From contig NC_091480.1 of NCBI RefSeq assembly GCF_036971445.1, positions 82,646,001 through 82,710,000 on the forward strand: a stretch of 64,000 nucleotides of DNA. The letters are read 5' to 3'. Under the pieces are notes generated by a model. The model was given only the letters and a program-made list of their open reading frames with translations, was not told where the DNA came from and did not search any database. Shown piece by piece: positions 50,421 through 63,409 of this stretch (its first letter is position 1; each line of letters begins with the position of its first letter). The translations under genes and the position numbers were made by a program. The stretch comes from Narcine bancroftii. Its lineage: Eukaryota.

Positions 50421-50853
50421 TGTTAGGTCTGCTTTGTTCATGAATGAGTGAGACAAACACCAGGCTGAGTCGAAATCAGGGTTCTTTGTTCTTTATTACC
50501 GGATTGTAACACTTGCGACTAAACATGTTAGTCGGAGAATGCATTCTGCCGTTATCAGCAAAATGGTGATTTTTTATACCCTTGGATATGTGCTTAGAAC
50601 ATCATCATATCATTACTTGTCCAATGACTAAAACTGTTGCTATCCTTTCCCTGCTAGCTTCCTGCCTCTCAATCCATCAATGTCTCTCTTATCTTGTAAG
50701 TACAAGGATGCATTCACATCTTGTTACTGCCCCGTACATTCCCATCTCATGATGTTTTACCTAACAGGAGTACAAGGACACCTCCCCTTCTTGTTACAGC
50801 CTTGTACAGGGTAACTCCCTACACATTCCCATCTCATGATGTTTTACCTTACA
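50421..50853 (-). mobile_element. Solo LTR nested between gag and protease
   Basis: TGTTAGG...CCTTACA termini, 4-bp TSD GAAC, minus-strand TATAAAA (~50572-50578) and AATAAA (50492-50497), internal tandem repeats. Confidence 0.85.
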
Positions 50854-53839
50854 GAACCCATGCTCTCATCAGACTCGGACAGTGAGACTTTATTGGCCTC
50901 CATCACCCTGAACCAAGAGGGACCACACAAACTCGTCAGGTCTATGTTGGATGTCCAGGTAAACAGGTGTGTAACAAGCTCTTAGTTTGATAGCAGGAGC
51001 ATAGAAAGCTTTATTCACTGTCTATCCCTCGAAATGTGGCCAGTCAGCCATATGATAAGACATGTCCAAATCCCATATGGCAGAAGTCCACGGGCCCTGT
51101 ACGGTGACTTTTACCATTGGAGGCACAGTTTACAAACACTTAAGGCTCCTTGTCACGCTGCAGCCCTGTGCCCCCTTGCTACGGGGGCTAGATTTCCAGT
51201 GCCAACTTAAGAATGTTACATTGGAATTTGATGGGCCCCATCAGCCCCTCACCGTTTACAATGAACAGTTCCTAGATGGCCCTCTACCCATGACCTGTGG
51301 GCTCTTGACCCTCAAAGTAGCCCCTCCACTGTTGTTCGGAGATCTCACCCCTGCCTGCAAGCTGGTGGCCACCAGGAGCAGGCAATACTGTGCCGCAGAC
51401 AGAGCATTCATCAAGTCAGAGGTGCAGCATTTGTTGGGCGAAGACATCATCGAGGCCAGGAGAACCCAGGTGGTCTAAGTAAAGAACACGATGGTCATAG
51501 ACTATAGCCAGACCATAATTGGTACACGCAGCTTGATGCGTACCCCTCCCCCGCATATCTAATACGGTTAACCAGATTGCACAATATCGAGTATTCTCCA
51601 TGATCGATCTCGTCAGCCTATCACCAGCTCCCGATTCGCCTGGAGGACTGCCAGTACACTGCATTTGAGGCAGATGGCCATTTTACCACTTCCTCCAGGT
51701 TCCCTTTGGCGTCACAAATGGGGTTTCCGTTTTCTCGCTGGAGATGGACCGCATGGCCACCTTATCCTATCTTGACAATGTGACCATCTGCGGCCATGAC
51801 CTGCAGGACCATGATGCCAACCTTCGAAAATTCTTCTGGGCCGTGAAGCTCCTGAACCTTATTTATAAGAAGGATAAGTGTGCGTTCCGCACAACCTGAC
51901 TAGCCATTCTCGGCTGTGTGGTCAAAAACGGTGTCATTGGCTCCGATCCTGACCGCATGCACCCTCTATTGAAGCTACCCCTTTCCCACACCCTCAGAGC
52001 TTTGAAGGGATGCCAAGGTTGCTTGTACTATGCTCAGTGGGACCCCAACTTGTGGACAAGGTTCGACCATTGGTCAAAGCCACCTCCTGCCCCCACTGGC
52101 AGAGGCCTGAGTAGCCTTCGACCATATCAAGGATGACATCACTAAAACAGCAATGCATGCAATAGATGAGTTCACACCTTTCCAGGTGGAGAGTGATGCA
52201 TCTGACTTCTCCTTGATTGCCACACTTGCCTTCTTCTCACACACCCTCCATGGCCTTGAAATCCACCATTCCTCAGTTGAAAAGGAGGTCCAGGCCATCG
52301 TGAAGGCAATATGCCACTGGAGGCACTACTTCGCTGGCAAACACTTCACCCTCCTCATGGACCAATGGGTGGTTTCCTTCATGTTCAACAACAAGCAGAG
52401 GGCAAAATCAAAAGTGATAAAATTCTCAGATGGAGAATTGAACTGTCCACCTATAATTATGATATCCTATACAGGCTTGGCGATCTTAACAAGCCCCCGG
52501 ATGCCCTCTTCCGCAGGACTTGTGCCAGTATCCAAATGGTCAGACTGCAGACCCTCCACAACAGCCTCTGCCACCCCAGAGTGACTAGGTTCTTCCATTT
52601 AATTAAACCATGGAATGTACTATACTTCTTTGAGTAAGTCAGAACAATGACCAAAAACTGCCTGGTCTGAGCCGAGTGCAAACTGCACTTCTAACGTCTG
52701 GACAAGGCACACCTGATCAAATCTACTCGCCCCTTCGAGCACCTGAGCATCGACTTCAAGGGGCTTCTTCCTTCCTCGAACTGGAACATATACTTCCTTA
52801 CCATTGTCCATGAGTACTCTCACTTCCCTTTCGCCATCCCCTGCTCAGACATGACCACGGCTACTGTCATCAAGGCCCTCAGTGATATCTTCACGCTCTT
52901 TAGGTACCCCAGCTTCATCCACAGCGTCCGGAGGACCTCATTTATAAGCGACAAGCTGCGGCAGTACCTGCCAGCCAGGGCCATTGCCATGAGCAGGAAC
53001 ACCAGCTGCCATCCCAGAGGGAATGGGCAGGTGGAGAATGCCAAGGGCCAGAAAACCATCCTCCTGGAACTGAGGTCACGGGGCCTCCCCGTCTTCCACT
53101 GGCAAGAGGTGCTTCCAGCTGTATTCCACTCCGCATGGTCGCTCTTATGTACAGCCACTAACAATATGCCTCATGAATGTATATTTGCTTCCCTAGGATG
53201 TCTATGTCAGGTACTATGCTGCCTGTCTGGATGTCCTCCCCGGGACTGGTCCTGATTTTGAAGCACACCAGCCAATCTAAGACTGCCCACTAGTGGAAAG
53301 GGTCTACCTCCTCCACACAAATCTCCAGTATGCCTACGTAATCTTCCCCGATGGGCGCAAGGACACCGTCTCGATCTGGAATTTGGCACCATCGGGCGTC
53401 CCTCCAACCGCGATCAACCACCAACAGACAGTCACCCCCCCCCCCACCCCTGCCAGCTTGGGGTCCCCGAACCTGCTGCTGACCACACTTTACTCTTGGC
53501 AGCTGTTGTACCCATGATGCACCAGCACCACACTCCCTCCTCTCTTCATTTGTCCCTTCCCCCTGGCAAACTGTAACCAGTGATAACAGACCAGCCGCAC
53601 AAACTGCCCATGGCGGCATCTCAACCATGTCATTCGCTGCAGCAGAGGAGATCCCCTGACAGACTTAACCTGTAAAATATGTATATGTGTATATATTTGC
53701 TTCATTTTTCTCTCACCCTGCAGGACTCTTCTTAAAAAAGGAGGGGTGAATGTAGTAAATCTCTGTTATACTATGATTGGCTACTGCCAGCTGGACACAC
53801 CTCCTGAGATTGATCCTACCCATTACCCCTTTGCCATTC

Positions 53840-54203
53840 TGTGGTGGTACACCAATGGCCACTGTAAGGGGCAACCTCTGTATCTGTAGGGGGACAAGAC
53901 AACACCTGGCCGGCTGTCAATCAGCCAACCTGAATGGACCCAGTTGGGTCTCAATCATCCTCCACTGTAGGGGGCAACCTCTGTACCTGCAGAAGAGCAG
54001 GGGGACAAGACAACACCTGGACGGCTGTCAATCAGCCAACCTGAATGGACCCGGTTGGGTGTCAATCATCCTCCAGGATATAAGCCTTCTAAGTACTCTC
54101 AGAGTTCATAGCAGCACACTCTCACAGCTGGCTCTGTGGAGTTTTACGTCGAATAAAGCTTGTTGTACAGTCTTTAGTTTTGTGTGTTTGCTTCTGACCA
54201 ACA
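53840..54203 (+). mobile_element. Solo LTR nested in the Gypsy 3' LTR
   Basis: TGT...ACA termini, perfect 5-bp TSD CATTC, ~100-bp internal tandem duplication, GATATAAG (~54077) and AATAAA (54152). Confidence 0.9.
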
Positions 54204-55234
54204 CATTCTTCCTGCCATAATCAGTTGATGAGGCTGGTTGCTGCTCCAGTCTATAGTCAATAAAAGCTGATCAGTTTCACAACCTCAGTCTTTTGTGGTA
54301 GTTGATGGTGTATCATTGTTATTGTCTGCACTACTCTTGCTGTAGTAAAAGACAGAGGATTTTGAGTGTCCGGATTCCCAATAAAGTTGCTTGAACATAC
54401 AGGAATGTTCTTGCCAGTTCTGCTGTGCTCCCATTGTAAATTCTATAGAGCCATTTGGCCATACCCAAAATGTTAAAGTTGAAACTGTATTTAATCACCT
54501 GCTGCTATATTTGCGATAAGAGTACAAAAGCTCAAATCAGAGAGATTCTCTTGAGATTCTTCAGGAAGAAATTCTTCCAGAATGCTTGCATATACTGCTG
54601 AATGAAAAAAAAGCCCATGCTGCGACTGCTCGTCTCCATGTGGCTCACAACAGGGACAAGGTCCCATGACTGGCCTCCTACTTCCTCATTCCTCTTTCAA
54701 CTGATTTCTCTGTGTCACTTTGGAAACATTCCTGTCTGCTTTCCTTTATCATAGTTAAAATGAAACATAGTCAAAAAGAGTCTGTAAACCATCCAACACA
54801 AATGATGTCCAATCAAGTAACAGGAAATTTGTTGCAAATTTTGCAGTAAATTATTAGCTGACAATGGTTTTAAATTTTGAGACACAGCACCTTTCTGTTT
54901 GAAGCCTTGCTGCTTGGGAACCTGTTGATGGAATATTGGCCAGGATCAGTGACGAAGGAAACAAGTATTACTCAAAGTTTTATTCTTATCATATCTGTAC
55001 GTTCTGCTATGATTAGTCCATCTTGAACATTGGAGTCATAATATAATATTATTTACATTCTCCACACTTTGTATTTTTTAAATTCTTGTTGTGCATGTTC
55101 CATATTAATGATAACAGTTCCCAATGTGGCAGTTGGATCATGTAGTTGGAAATTGAAAGCAAACATTTGAACGTCCTCCTGTCATAGGATGTGAAGACCT
55201 GGTACATTTTAAAATTTATACATACATCACTGTA

Positions 55235-55820
55235 ACAGTCAATTTTGGCCCTCGAGCCCTTGCCACTCAATTACACCTCATTGACCTACAGCCCTTGGTA
55301 CGTTTTGAACAATGGGAGGAAACTGGAGCACCTAAAGAAAACTCATGCAGACACGGGGAGAACCTTGAAACTCCTTGCAGACAGCGTGGGATTCGAACCC
55401 CAGTCGCTGGCACTGTACCAGTGTTGTGCTAACCATGCTGTCCAAACATTGGCCTAGGCACAAGAAACTTCTTTATCTTTTGGCAGAAAGAAGAGTCACT
55501 AAACTCTATAAAGCATGATTCATAAAGATACGTAGAAGAAGACAGTTGTGGGTGTAAATATTTGCAAAAGCAGTAAATGTAAAATATTTTAAATTTAACT
55601 TAAAATTTTTTAAAACTTAGACATATACGCCCTTTCAGCCCATGAACCCATGTCGCCCAATTACACCCAATTGTCCTACAACCCCTGATCCCTGGGGAAA
55701 ACCCATGCGGACACGGGGAGAACGTACAAACTCCTTAGAGGCGGCATGGGATTCAAACCAGGTCCTGATCGCTGGCACTGTAACAGCGTTGCACTAACCG
55801 CTACACCAACTGTGCCACAC
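55235..55820 (-). mobile_element. Two V-domain tRNA SINEs (~55235-55445 and ~55610-55820)
   Basis: Minus strand shows a tRNA-like head (gtgtagcggttagtgcaac..B box gttcgaatcc / gtttgaatcc) and the V core ggagtttgtacgttctccccgtgtc. Confidence 0.75.
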
Positions 55821-56424
55821 TGGGATCCTGGGCTCCATACTCAGAGGCAAGATAGATATGCTAAAATGACTTAAAATCTTGACTAAACCACAAATGGATT
55901 ATTGTGTCCAATTCTGGTCACCTATCTTCAGCAAGGATGTGTAACTTACAGTAGAAGGTACAGAGAAAATTCTGGGGGTCAGGGAATTCAGCCAAATAAT
56001 TGGATTGGAGAAGTTGGGGTTCTTCTGGGACATCTGAATGATGCATTTTGGTAAGTCAAATATGGGTAGGAGAAAATACATTAAATGGTAGAATGCTGAG
56101 GGAAGTCTAAGTCCATAATGTTTAGAAAATGGAAACACTGGAAGATAAGGTGGTGAAGAAGGCATAGGCCAGGTAAAGGATATAAAAGTTGGGCTTATGT
56201 TGGAACAATACTTGGAGAATGGAGTGCAGTTTGGGTTGCCGCACTATAGAAAAGGTGTGGTCCCACTGGAGAGAGTGCAGCAGTGATTCACCGGGGTGTT
56301 GCTTGAATTGGGGGACAGTTTGGAATTACTGGGTTTATTTTCTCTGAAGCAAAGGAGGCTTGACTGATGAAGTGACAGAGGTTTGTACATAAAATGATAA
56401 GAGGCATAGATAGGGCAACTAGAC

Positions 56425-56650
56425 ATTTAGACACATACAGTACAGTAACAGGCCCTTTCAGCCCATGAGCCTGAGCCATCCAATTACACCAAATTGACCT
56501 TCAATCCCAGTATGTTTTGAACAGTGAGAGGAAACCCACGCAGACATGGGGAGAATGTACAAATCCCTTATAGATAGTACCAGATTCGAACCTGGATTGC
56601 TGGCGCTGTAACAGTGTTGCACTAACTGCTACGCTAACCGTACTGCGCCT
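56425..56650 (-). mobile_element. V-domain tRNA SINE inserted in a CR1 remnant (55880-56750)
   Basis: ggttagcgtagcagttagtgcaac..ggttcgaatc..gtacattctccccatgtctgcgtgggtttcc. Confidence 0.75.
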
Positions 56651-56754
56651 GTCAGAATCTTTTTCACATGGTAGGAGTATCAAAAATAAGGAAGTATAAG
56701 TTAGGGTTAGAGGTAGAAGTTTTGAAGAGTATTTAAGGGGATTTTTTTTTCAAA

Positions 56755-58815
56755 TAGGCCTCAATTATACCTGTGCTCAAGAAGCGTGTGTTAATCTGCC
56801 TAAATATTTACTGATCAATGGCACTTACATTCACAGGGAGGCTAGCGGTGAAGCAAATAAGCTCTTGTCTGATCCAATTTGCCTACTACAGCAGCAAATC
56901 TACAAGCAGATGCCATCTCCCTGGGTCTAACCAAAGCCCTGGACAGCAAAGAAATATACATCAGGATGTTCAGCATTCAATACCATTATCCCCTCAAAAC
57001 TGATCAGCAAACACCAAGACCTTGCCTGTGTAATTGAATCCTGGATTTTCTCACCTCCAGATCACAATCAGTGAGGATTGGTAAGGACATCTCTTCCACA
57101 ATCTCCATCAATACTGGAACACCACAGGGCTGCGTTCTTAGCCCCCTCCTCTACTCACTTTATACCAGTGACTCTGTGGCTCAGTTCAACAATAACACCA
57201 TCTACAAATTTCCTTTTCAATCTTTGTTATAAACATTATAGTAAACAATACATGAGGAGAATAGAATACAGAATCGAATAGTTAAAACAGAAACATCAAT
57301 ATATTGCAATACAACATATAACATTATAACATATTGAACATATTATCCCATTCTCCTCAATTTGAAATATTCAAAAAAGAGAAAAAAACCCATTTAATTT
57401 ACCAAATAAACAAAAAGGCTGGACAACCTAAACTGAGAGTTCACTACAACAGATCAGTACAAATTATTTATCTAGTCCTTGCCAATAAAAAAACCGAGAA
57501 ATTCAGAACAGTCTGGAAGGTAAAGTCAAAATGCAAATGAACTAAAAAATGAAAATAGTTTATAAAAGGACGCCAGGTCTCTTCAAACTTATCAGAGGTA
57601 TCAAAAGTGCATCTTTTGAGAGAGCCATTGCATCAAAGTAGGTGAATTAGAATCTTTCCATTTAAATAAAATGGCTCTTCTGGCCAATGGTATAGCAAAG
57701 GCTACAACCCGATGTGCAGAAGTGGGAACTCGACCCACCTCCGGAACTATAATTCCAAAAAATAGCAGTCATTGGATTAGGTTGCAATCTAATACCCAGT
57801 ATAATTGACAAAATTTTGAAATACAGAGCAAGACCAAAACATATGCGTTAATGTGTCCACTTGTGATTTGCATCTATCACACATAGGACTAACATTTGGA
57901 AAGATACGGGCCAATATCATCAACAAATTTGCTGATGATATCATGGTAGTGGGTTCATGAAAAGGAGTGATTATTAGTCAGTGTACAAGAGGGAAATTGA
58001 AATATTGGATTAATGGTGTATTAACATCAACCTTGAACTCAATGTCACCAAAAACAAGATGATTGTGGACTGTAGGAAGGGAAAACCAGAGGGGTACAAC
58101 TCAGTGATCATTGGGGTATTTGAGGTGGAAAGCCAAACCAAATTTAAATTCCTCAGAATCACTATCTCGGAGGACACAACACATTAATGAAGAAAGCACG
58201 TCAGCACCTCTACTTCCTCAGGAGTTTGCGGAGGATTGGGATGACATTGGAAACCTTGGCAAACTTCTGCAGATGTGCAGTTGAAAGAGTGCGGACTGGA
58301 TGCATCACAGCATGGTATGGGGGCACCAATACCTCTGAGGGGAACTCCTTGCAAAAGGTGGTGAACACAGCCCATACATCAGAGGCAAAATTCTCCCCAC
58401 GATCGAGAACATCGAAATGGAACGCTGCCGCCGGAGAGCAGCAGCGATCAGTAAGGATCAACACCACCCCAGCACACGCTCTGTTCTTGCTGCTGTCATC
58501 AGGAAAGTGGTAGAGGTGCCACAACAGACTTGCATCACCAGGTTCAGGAATAGCTGCTACCCCCTCACCATCAGACTCCTCAACCACAAACTCACTCAGG
58601 GACTCCTTTCCACATTATTTATTATTGAGTATTTATTTTCTGCATTGCACAGATAGTTTGTTTACATTTCTTTCTTTGTTTACATATCTCTCTTTTGTAT
58701 ACTACCCTTTCTTGAGTACAGTTTTTTGCATTACCGATAAGTAGAAATTCTGCCCTGCCTGCAGTTAAAAGAATCTCAAGGTTATATGTACTCTGACAAT
58801 AAATCTGAACTTCGA
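56755..58815 (+). mobile_element. Rex1/Babar-like LINE 3' half, split by an L1 insertion
   Basis: [30 protein letters not shown](Y/N)KFADD, KKARQHLYFLRSLRRIG, then the tail. Confidence 0.85.
57212..57915 (-). mobile_element. L1-clade LINE 3' end
   Basis: LARIFPNVSPMCDRCKSQVDTLTHMFWSC (CCHC finger). TSD catc(t/a)acaaattt at 57199-57211 and 57918-57930. Confidence 0.85.
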
Positions 58816-58912
58816 ATTTGAAATCTGGAGTTCTGAGCCAGAGGAAGTGATGGAGTAGTTTACAATTACAATGTTCTTAAGAGATATTTAGTCAGGCAGT
58901 TGGAGGAAACAT

Positions 58913-59364
58913 CTCTTTGGCTTGGCTTCGCGGACGAAGATTTATGGAGGGGGTAAAAAGTCCACGTCAGCTGCAGGCTCGTTTGTGGCTGACCAGTCCG
59001 ATGCGGGACAGGCAGACGCGGTTGCAGCGGCTGCAGGGGAAAATGGGTGGGTTGGGGTTGGGTGTTGGGTTTTTCCTCCTTTGCCTTTTGTCAGTGAGGT
59101 GGGCTCTGCGGTCTTCTTCAAAGGAGGTTGCTGCCCGCCAAACTGTGAGGCGCCAAGATGCACGGTTTGAGGCGAGATCAGCCCACTGGCGGTGGTCAAT
59201 GGGGCAGGCACCCAGAGATTTCTTTAGGCAGTCCTTGTACCTCTTCTTTGGTGCACCTCTGTCACGGTGGCCAGTGGAGAGCTCGCCATATAACACGATC
59301 TTGGGAAGGCGATGGTCCTCCATTCTGGAGACGTGACCCATCCAGCTGGATCTTCAGCAGCGTG
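58913..59364 (-). mobile_element. Young 5'-truncated RTE LINE
   Basis: Open frame GHVSRMEDHRLPKIVLYGEL..RDRGAPKKRYKD..W..C..C.R.C.SRIGLVSH. TSD gtcaggcagttggagg(a/c)aacat. Confidence 0.9.
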
Positions 59365-59854
59365 GTCAGGCAGTTGGAGGCAACATACAGAACAGGAATC
59401 TAATGCAGACAAAAGGCATCAGTATAGGTGAGAGAAGATTGGCATGGACATGGTGGACAAAAGGCCTGTTTCCGTGCTGTCTGACTGACTCCCTGAACCA
59501 AAAAGGCTGAGTGGAGATTGGCAGAGGGGTACAGGATTATGGTTTATAGAAGGTAACAGCAGATGATATTTATCTTTGCAGATAGGTCAAGTCCGATGGC
59601 ACAGATATAAAATTTTAGGCAAAAGATAAATGAGAAAAAAGTGGAAAAAAGTCTGGAATTCACTGCAATTAAACCTGGAGGAAACAGAATTAAGCAAGGC
59701 TTTCAAAGGAATGGAATAAGCAACTGAAAAAAGGAAAAAGAAAATGTGCAGCAGAAGGATCAGGTGAATGGACGGCTGAGATTTGCTGGCATGGACTTGA
59801 TGGGTCAAATCAATTATTTAATTCTTGGTTTGCATTGAAACATATGTGATCTTT

Positions 59855-60186
59855 AACCCCTTTTACACTGACACCCTGTCCCAGGAATTAACTGGGACAG
59901 GGTCCAGTGGAAAAGGAACACTGTTCGAATGCCAGTGTCAAATGATGTTATTTCACACTGGGGATTAACCGCCTCTACCCCTCACTCATATCCCCAGCAT
60001 TTGCTGATCTCGGCGTGGTGATAAAACCAGTGGAAAAGGGGCAGCAGAAAGTCACCTGTTTCCGGGGATGAGTTGTGTTCAGTGGAAAAGCAATTAGTAT
60101 CCCAGTTAAGGGAAACGGCATGAAGGGCTTCCTATCCCGGGACACTGCACAGCCAGTTAACTGGAATGCCAGTAGAAAAGGGGCTT
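59855..60186. mobile_element. Harbinger-like MITE related to 31906-32240
   Basis: Imperfect TIRs ccccttttacactg / cagtagaaaagggg. Shares the internal cctatcccgggacactg. Confidence 0.7.
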
Positions 60187-60399
60187 TTGAATACTACTGG
60201 TCTCTGAGGATATTGGACAAAATTCTGGATCACCTCAGGGTTCATCTGGTGTGTGAAGTCCTGATGCCTGGGACCTACAGATAGGAGACTGCAGTCGGTG
60301 GCCAGAAGGATGTCAGGAAATGTTTCCAGGACCAAAGATTCACTTTTCAAACCCATTCTGATTGCCAACGTTATTTGATCTCAGCCTATGGTGCCTTTG

Positions 60400-60608
60400 A
60401 AGAAGACTGCAGAGCCCACTTCACTGACAAAAGGCAAAGGAGGAAAAACCCAACACCCAACCCCAACCAACCAATTTTCCCCTGCAACCGCTGCAACCGT
60501 GTCTGCCTGTCCCGCATTGGACTTGTCAGCCACAAATGAGCCTGCAGCTGACGTGGACATTTACCCCCTCCTTAAATCTTCGTCCGCGAAGCCAAGCCAA
60601 AGAAGAAG
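60400..60608 (+). mobile_element. RTE LINE 3' end
   Basis: Near-identical to the 58.9-kb copy. 12-bp TSD atggtgcctttg (60388-60399, 60609-60620). Confidence 0.88.
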
Positions 60609-61084
60609 ATGGTGCCTTTGGAGATGAGTCTTGAGGGGGTCCGGAGGGGGCTAAAAATCATCCACTTTTTATCCCTGCTGGTAGTGTGTGCATTGAAGTT
60701 GATGCTGTCTGCAGTTTAAACTGACAGATATTACTCACTGCCTTGACTTGTATGTGAGGCAATAGGTTAGAGCCTACAAAACTGGGGGGGTGGCTGGGGT
60801 GGGCGAAAGGAATTTGAAAAATTATTCCTGCTTGCATACTAATGTTTGTTGTTATTTTGGGAATACTTTCAGGACTCTTGACATATAAAAGATGCAAATT
60901 GTGAGGATAGAAACTTCCTTTCTGGAAACCAAATGATTTGAATTTTGCATTTAATTGCCAAAATGAAAATACAGATAAATAACACCGCCTCCGAAAAGGT
61001 GAACATAGCTGTGTTTATTTTTGAAAGCTGCCTTCTCTGCGAGGCAGATTTTATTGTTCAACTAACAATACTCAGGTCAGAAGT

Positions 61085-61295
61085 AAAACAGGAAAGTCTG
61101 AAGACAACGCGATTGAAGTAAAAAGACAATGCGGGAGAAACTCAGCAGGTCAAAATGTGCACTCTATACAGCAAAGATACATAAGAGGTGCCTGCTGACG
61201 TTTTTCCAAACCTCGGCGAAGGACACAAGCCCAAAACGTTGCTACATAAAATACACTGTTTGACCTGCTGAGTTTCTCTAGCATTGTGTTTTTAC
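61085..61295. mobile_element. Foldback element of inverted Penelope terminal repeats
   Basis: gagaaactcagcaggtcaaa / tttgacctgctgagtttctc. Confidence 0.7.
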
Positions 61296-61429
61296 AATAT
61301 TCAGGACAGGTCTGCTTAATAGCTAATTCATTGGCATTACAATCTTCCTCACTTCCTGTAGAGGGTGCTGTTATCCATCATCATGCCACATATGGCAAGC
61401 CAAACCAAAATTATTTCATGAAGTGATAC

Positions 61430-63405
61430 ACAAAAGTTTGCAGACACCGTGATTGTAATAGAAACACAGAAATGCTGGAGGAACTTAGGGAGACACGCAG
61501 CGTCCTTAGGAGGTAAAGATATATGACCAATGTTTTTGGTGTGAGCCCTTCTTCAAGGTAGGAGAAAGAGCAGGGAGCATCTGAATAAAGAAATGGCAGG
61601 GGGAGGAGTACAGACCAACAGACAAAAGGTGATTATTGGATATTGAGAAGAGGCCGGGCAAAAGGAAAGGCGAGAATTGATCGGGAAAGAGGTGAAGAGG
61701 GGTTTGGCTCTGTGAATGCAGAGCTGGGGTAAAGGAGATAGAGGGAACAGTGAAGAGAGAGAAACAGAGCTACAAGAAAGGAGACGTGGGTGGTGGTGGT
61801 GGTGGGGTGGGTGGGGGGCAGGGCTAACAGAAACCAGAGAAGCTGATGTAAATGGTGGAGTGTGCCCAGACAGAATATGAGGCGTTGTTCCTCCAATTTA
61901 TGGGTGGCAGTGCATGAGACCATGGACAGACATGTCGGCAAGGGAATGGGGTAGGAAATTGAAATGGATCCCCACTATTGCAGCGGACAGAACCTAGGTG
62001 CTCAACAAAGCGATCTCCCAGTTGATGTCTGTTTATCCGATGTAGAGGAGACTACACTGGGAGCACCAGATGCAGTCGATGGACCCTGCAGATTCACAAA
62101 TGAAGTGTTGCTTCACTTGGAAGGACAGTTTGGGACCCTGAATGATGCTGAAGGAGGAGGTGTGGGCATAAGTGGAGCACCTCCTGTGGACATAGGGGTA
62201 GGTGCCAAGGGAGTGATTAGTGGGAAGGGAGGAGTGGACACGGGAATCACAAACGGAGTGATCCCTGCTGAAGACTGAGAAGGGAGGAGAGGGGAAGATG
62301 TGTCTGGTGGTGGGATCATGTAGTAGGTGGCGGAAATGATGCAGGATTATATTTTGGTTGCCCAAAAGGTTGGTAGGGTGATAGGTGAAGACAAGGGGAA
62401 TCCTGTCCTTGTTACATGTGGGGGCAGAGGGAGCCACGGCAGATATGCAGGTAATGGAGGATATGCAGGTGAGTGTCAAGTTTATGGTGGAAGAGGAGAA
62501 TCTATGTTGTTAGAAGAAGGAGGACATCTCTAATGATCTGGCCTTGAAGACCTTGTCCCAGAAGCAGATGTGATGGAGATAGGGAAATTGAGAGAAAGGA
62601 ATGGAATCCTTATGGGGGTCCGGGTGTGAAGCAATTAGGTCGAGGTAGCTGGGGAATTGGTGGATTTGTAGAAGATGTCTGTTGAGAGTTTATCTCCCAA
62701 GATGGAGACAGAGAGATCAAGAAAGGGGACAGTATTGTTAGAGATGGGCCAAGAGAATTTGAGGTCAGGATGGAAATTGGCAGCAAAGTGGATAAAGATG
62801 ACCAGTTCAACATGGGTGCATAAGGCAGTCCTAAAGTAGTCGTCGATATAGCAGAGGAGAAGTTGAGGGGTCTTGCCTGTTTTGGCTTGTAGCATGGAAT
62901 ATTTGGTTAAGCATAGCTGGGGCCCATGCAAGTACACATGGCTACTCCTTTGACTTGAAGCAAGTGGATTGAGTCAAAGCAGTTATTGAGGGTAAGTCTG
63001 CCACCCAGAGGAAGGTGGTGAGAGAGGTGTACTGGTTGGGTCTATTGTTGAGAAAGAAACTAAGGGCTTTGAGGCCTTTGCTGAGGGGGATGGGCATGTA
63101 TAGTGATTGGATGTCCGTGGTAAACATGAGGCGATTGACTTCAGGGAATTAGAAGTTGTTGAAGTAATGGAGGGCATGAGGAGTATCGTGGATGTAGGTG
63201 GGGAGGGAGAGGACAGGGGGAAACAAAATGGTGTCAAGGTAAGTCGACACCAGTTTGATGAAGCATGGCCATGTGGAAATAATGGGTTTGCCAGTACAAT
63301 TGGGTTTGTGGATCTTGGATAGGAGGTAGAGCCGAGCAGTGCAGGGTTGGGCAACAATGAAGTTGGAGGCTGTGTGAGGGAGACGACTGGAAGATAGTTC
63401 ATTTA
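61430..63405 (-). mobile_element. Penelope-like retroelement (RT + GIY-YIG), decayed
   Basis: KIHKP..GKPIIS, TTDIQSLY..IP, YIDD, PFLDL, TDIFYK, QVKQHF.C.S....CIWCSQCSLLYIG, KLEEQRLIFCLGTL, then the terminal repeat. Confidence 0.9.
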
Positions 63406-63409
63406 CTTA

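Larger units (their letters stand above)
49304..54315 (+). mobile_element. Full-length decayed Gypsy (Ty3) LTR retrotransposon
   Basis: TG..CA LTRs at 49304-49507 and 53751-54315 (about 90% identical by eye once the nested insertion is removed). PPT 53734-53750. Flanks GTGTT / TTGTT. gag with a CYFCG knuckle, protease FDS.S, RT (MVIDYS, VPFGVTNG, YLDNV), RNase H (VESDAS), integrase (LSIDFKG, GNGQVE) in Gypsy order. Many stops and frameshifts. Confidence 0.93.

Noticed and set aside
49530-53400. Domesticated or active gag-pol gene
   Set aside because: Numerous stops and frameshifts, a degenerate zinc knuckle and a nested insertion.
54320-61400. 3' exons of the expected neighbour KCNH4
   Set aside because: No potassium-channel-like peptide was recognised in any frame. 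The gene is probably outside the window.
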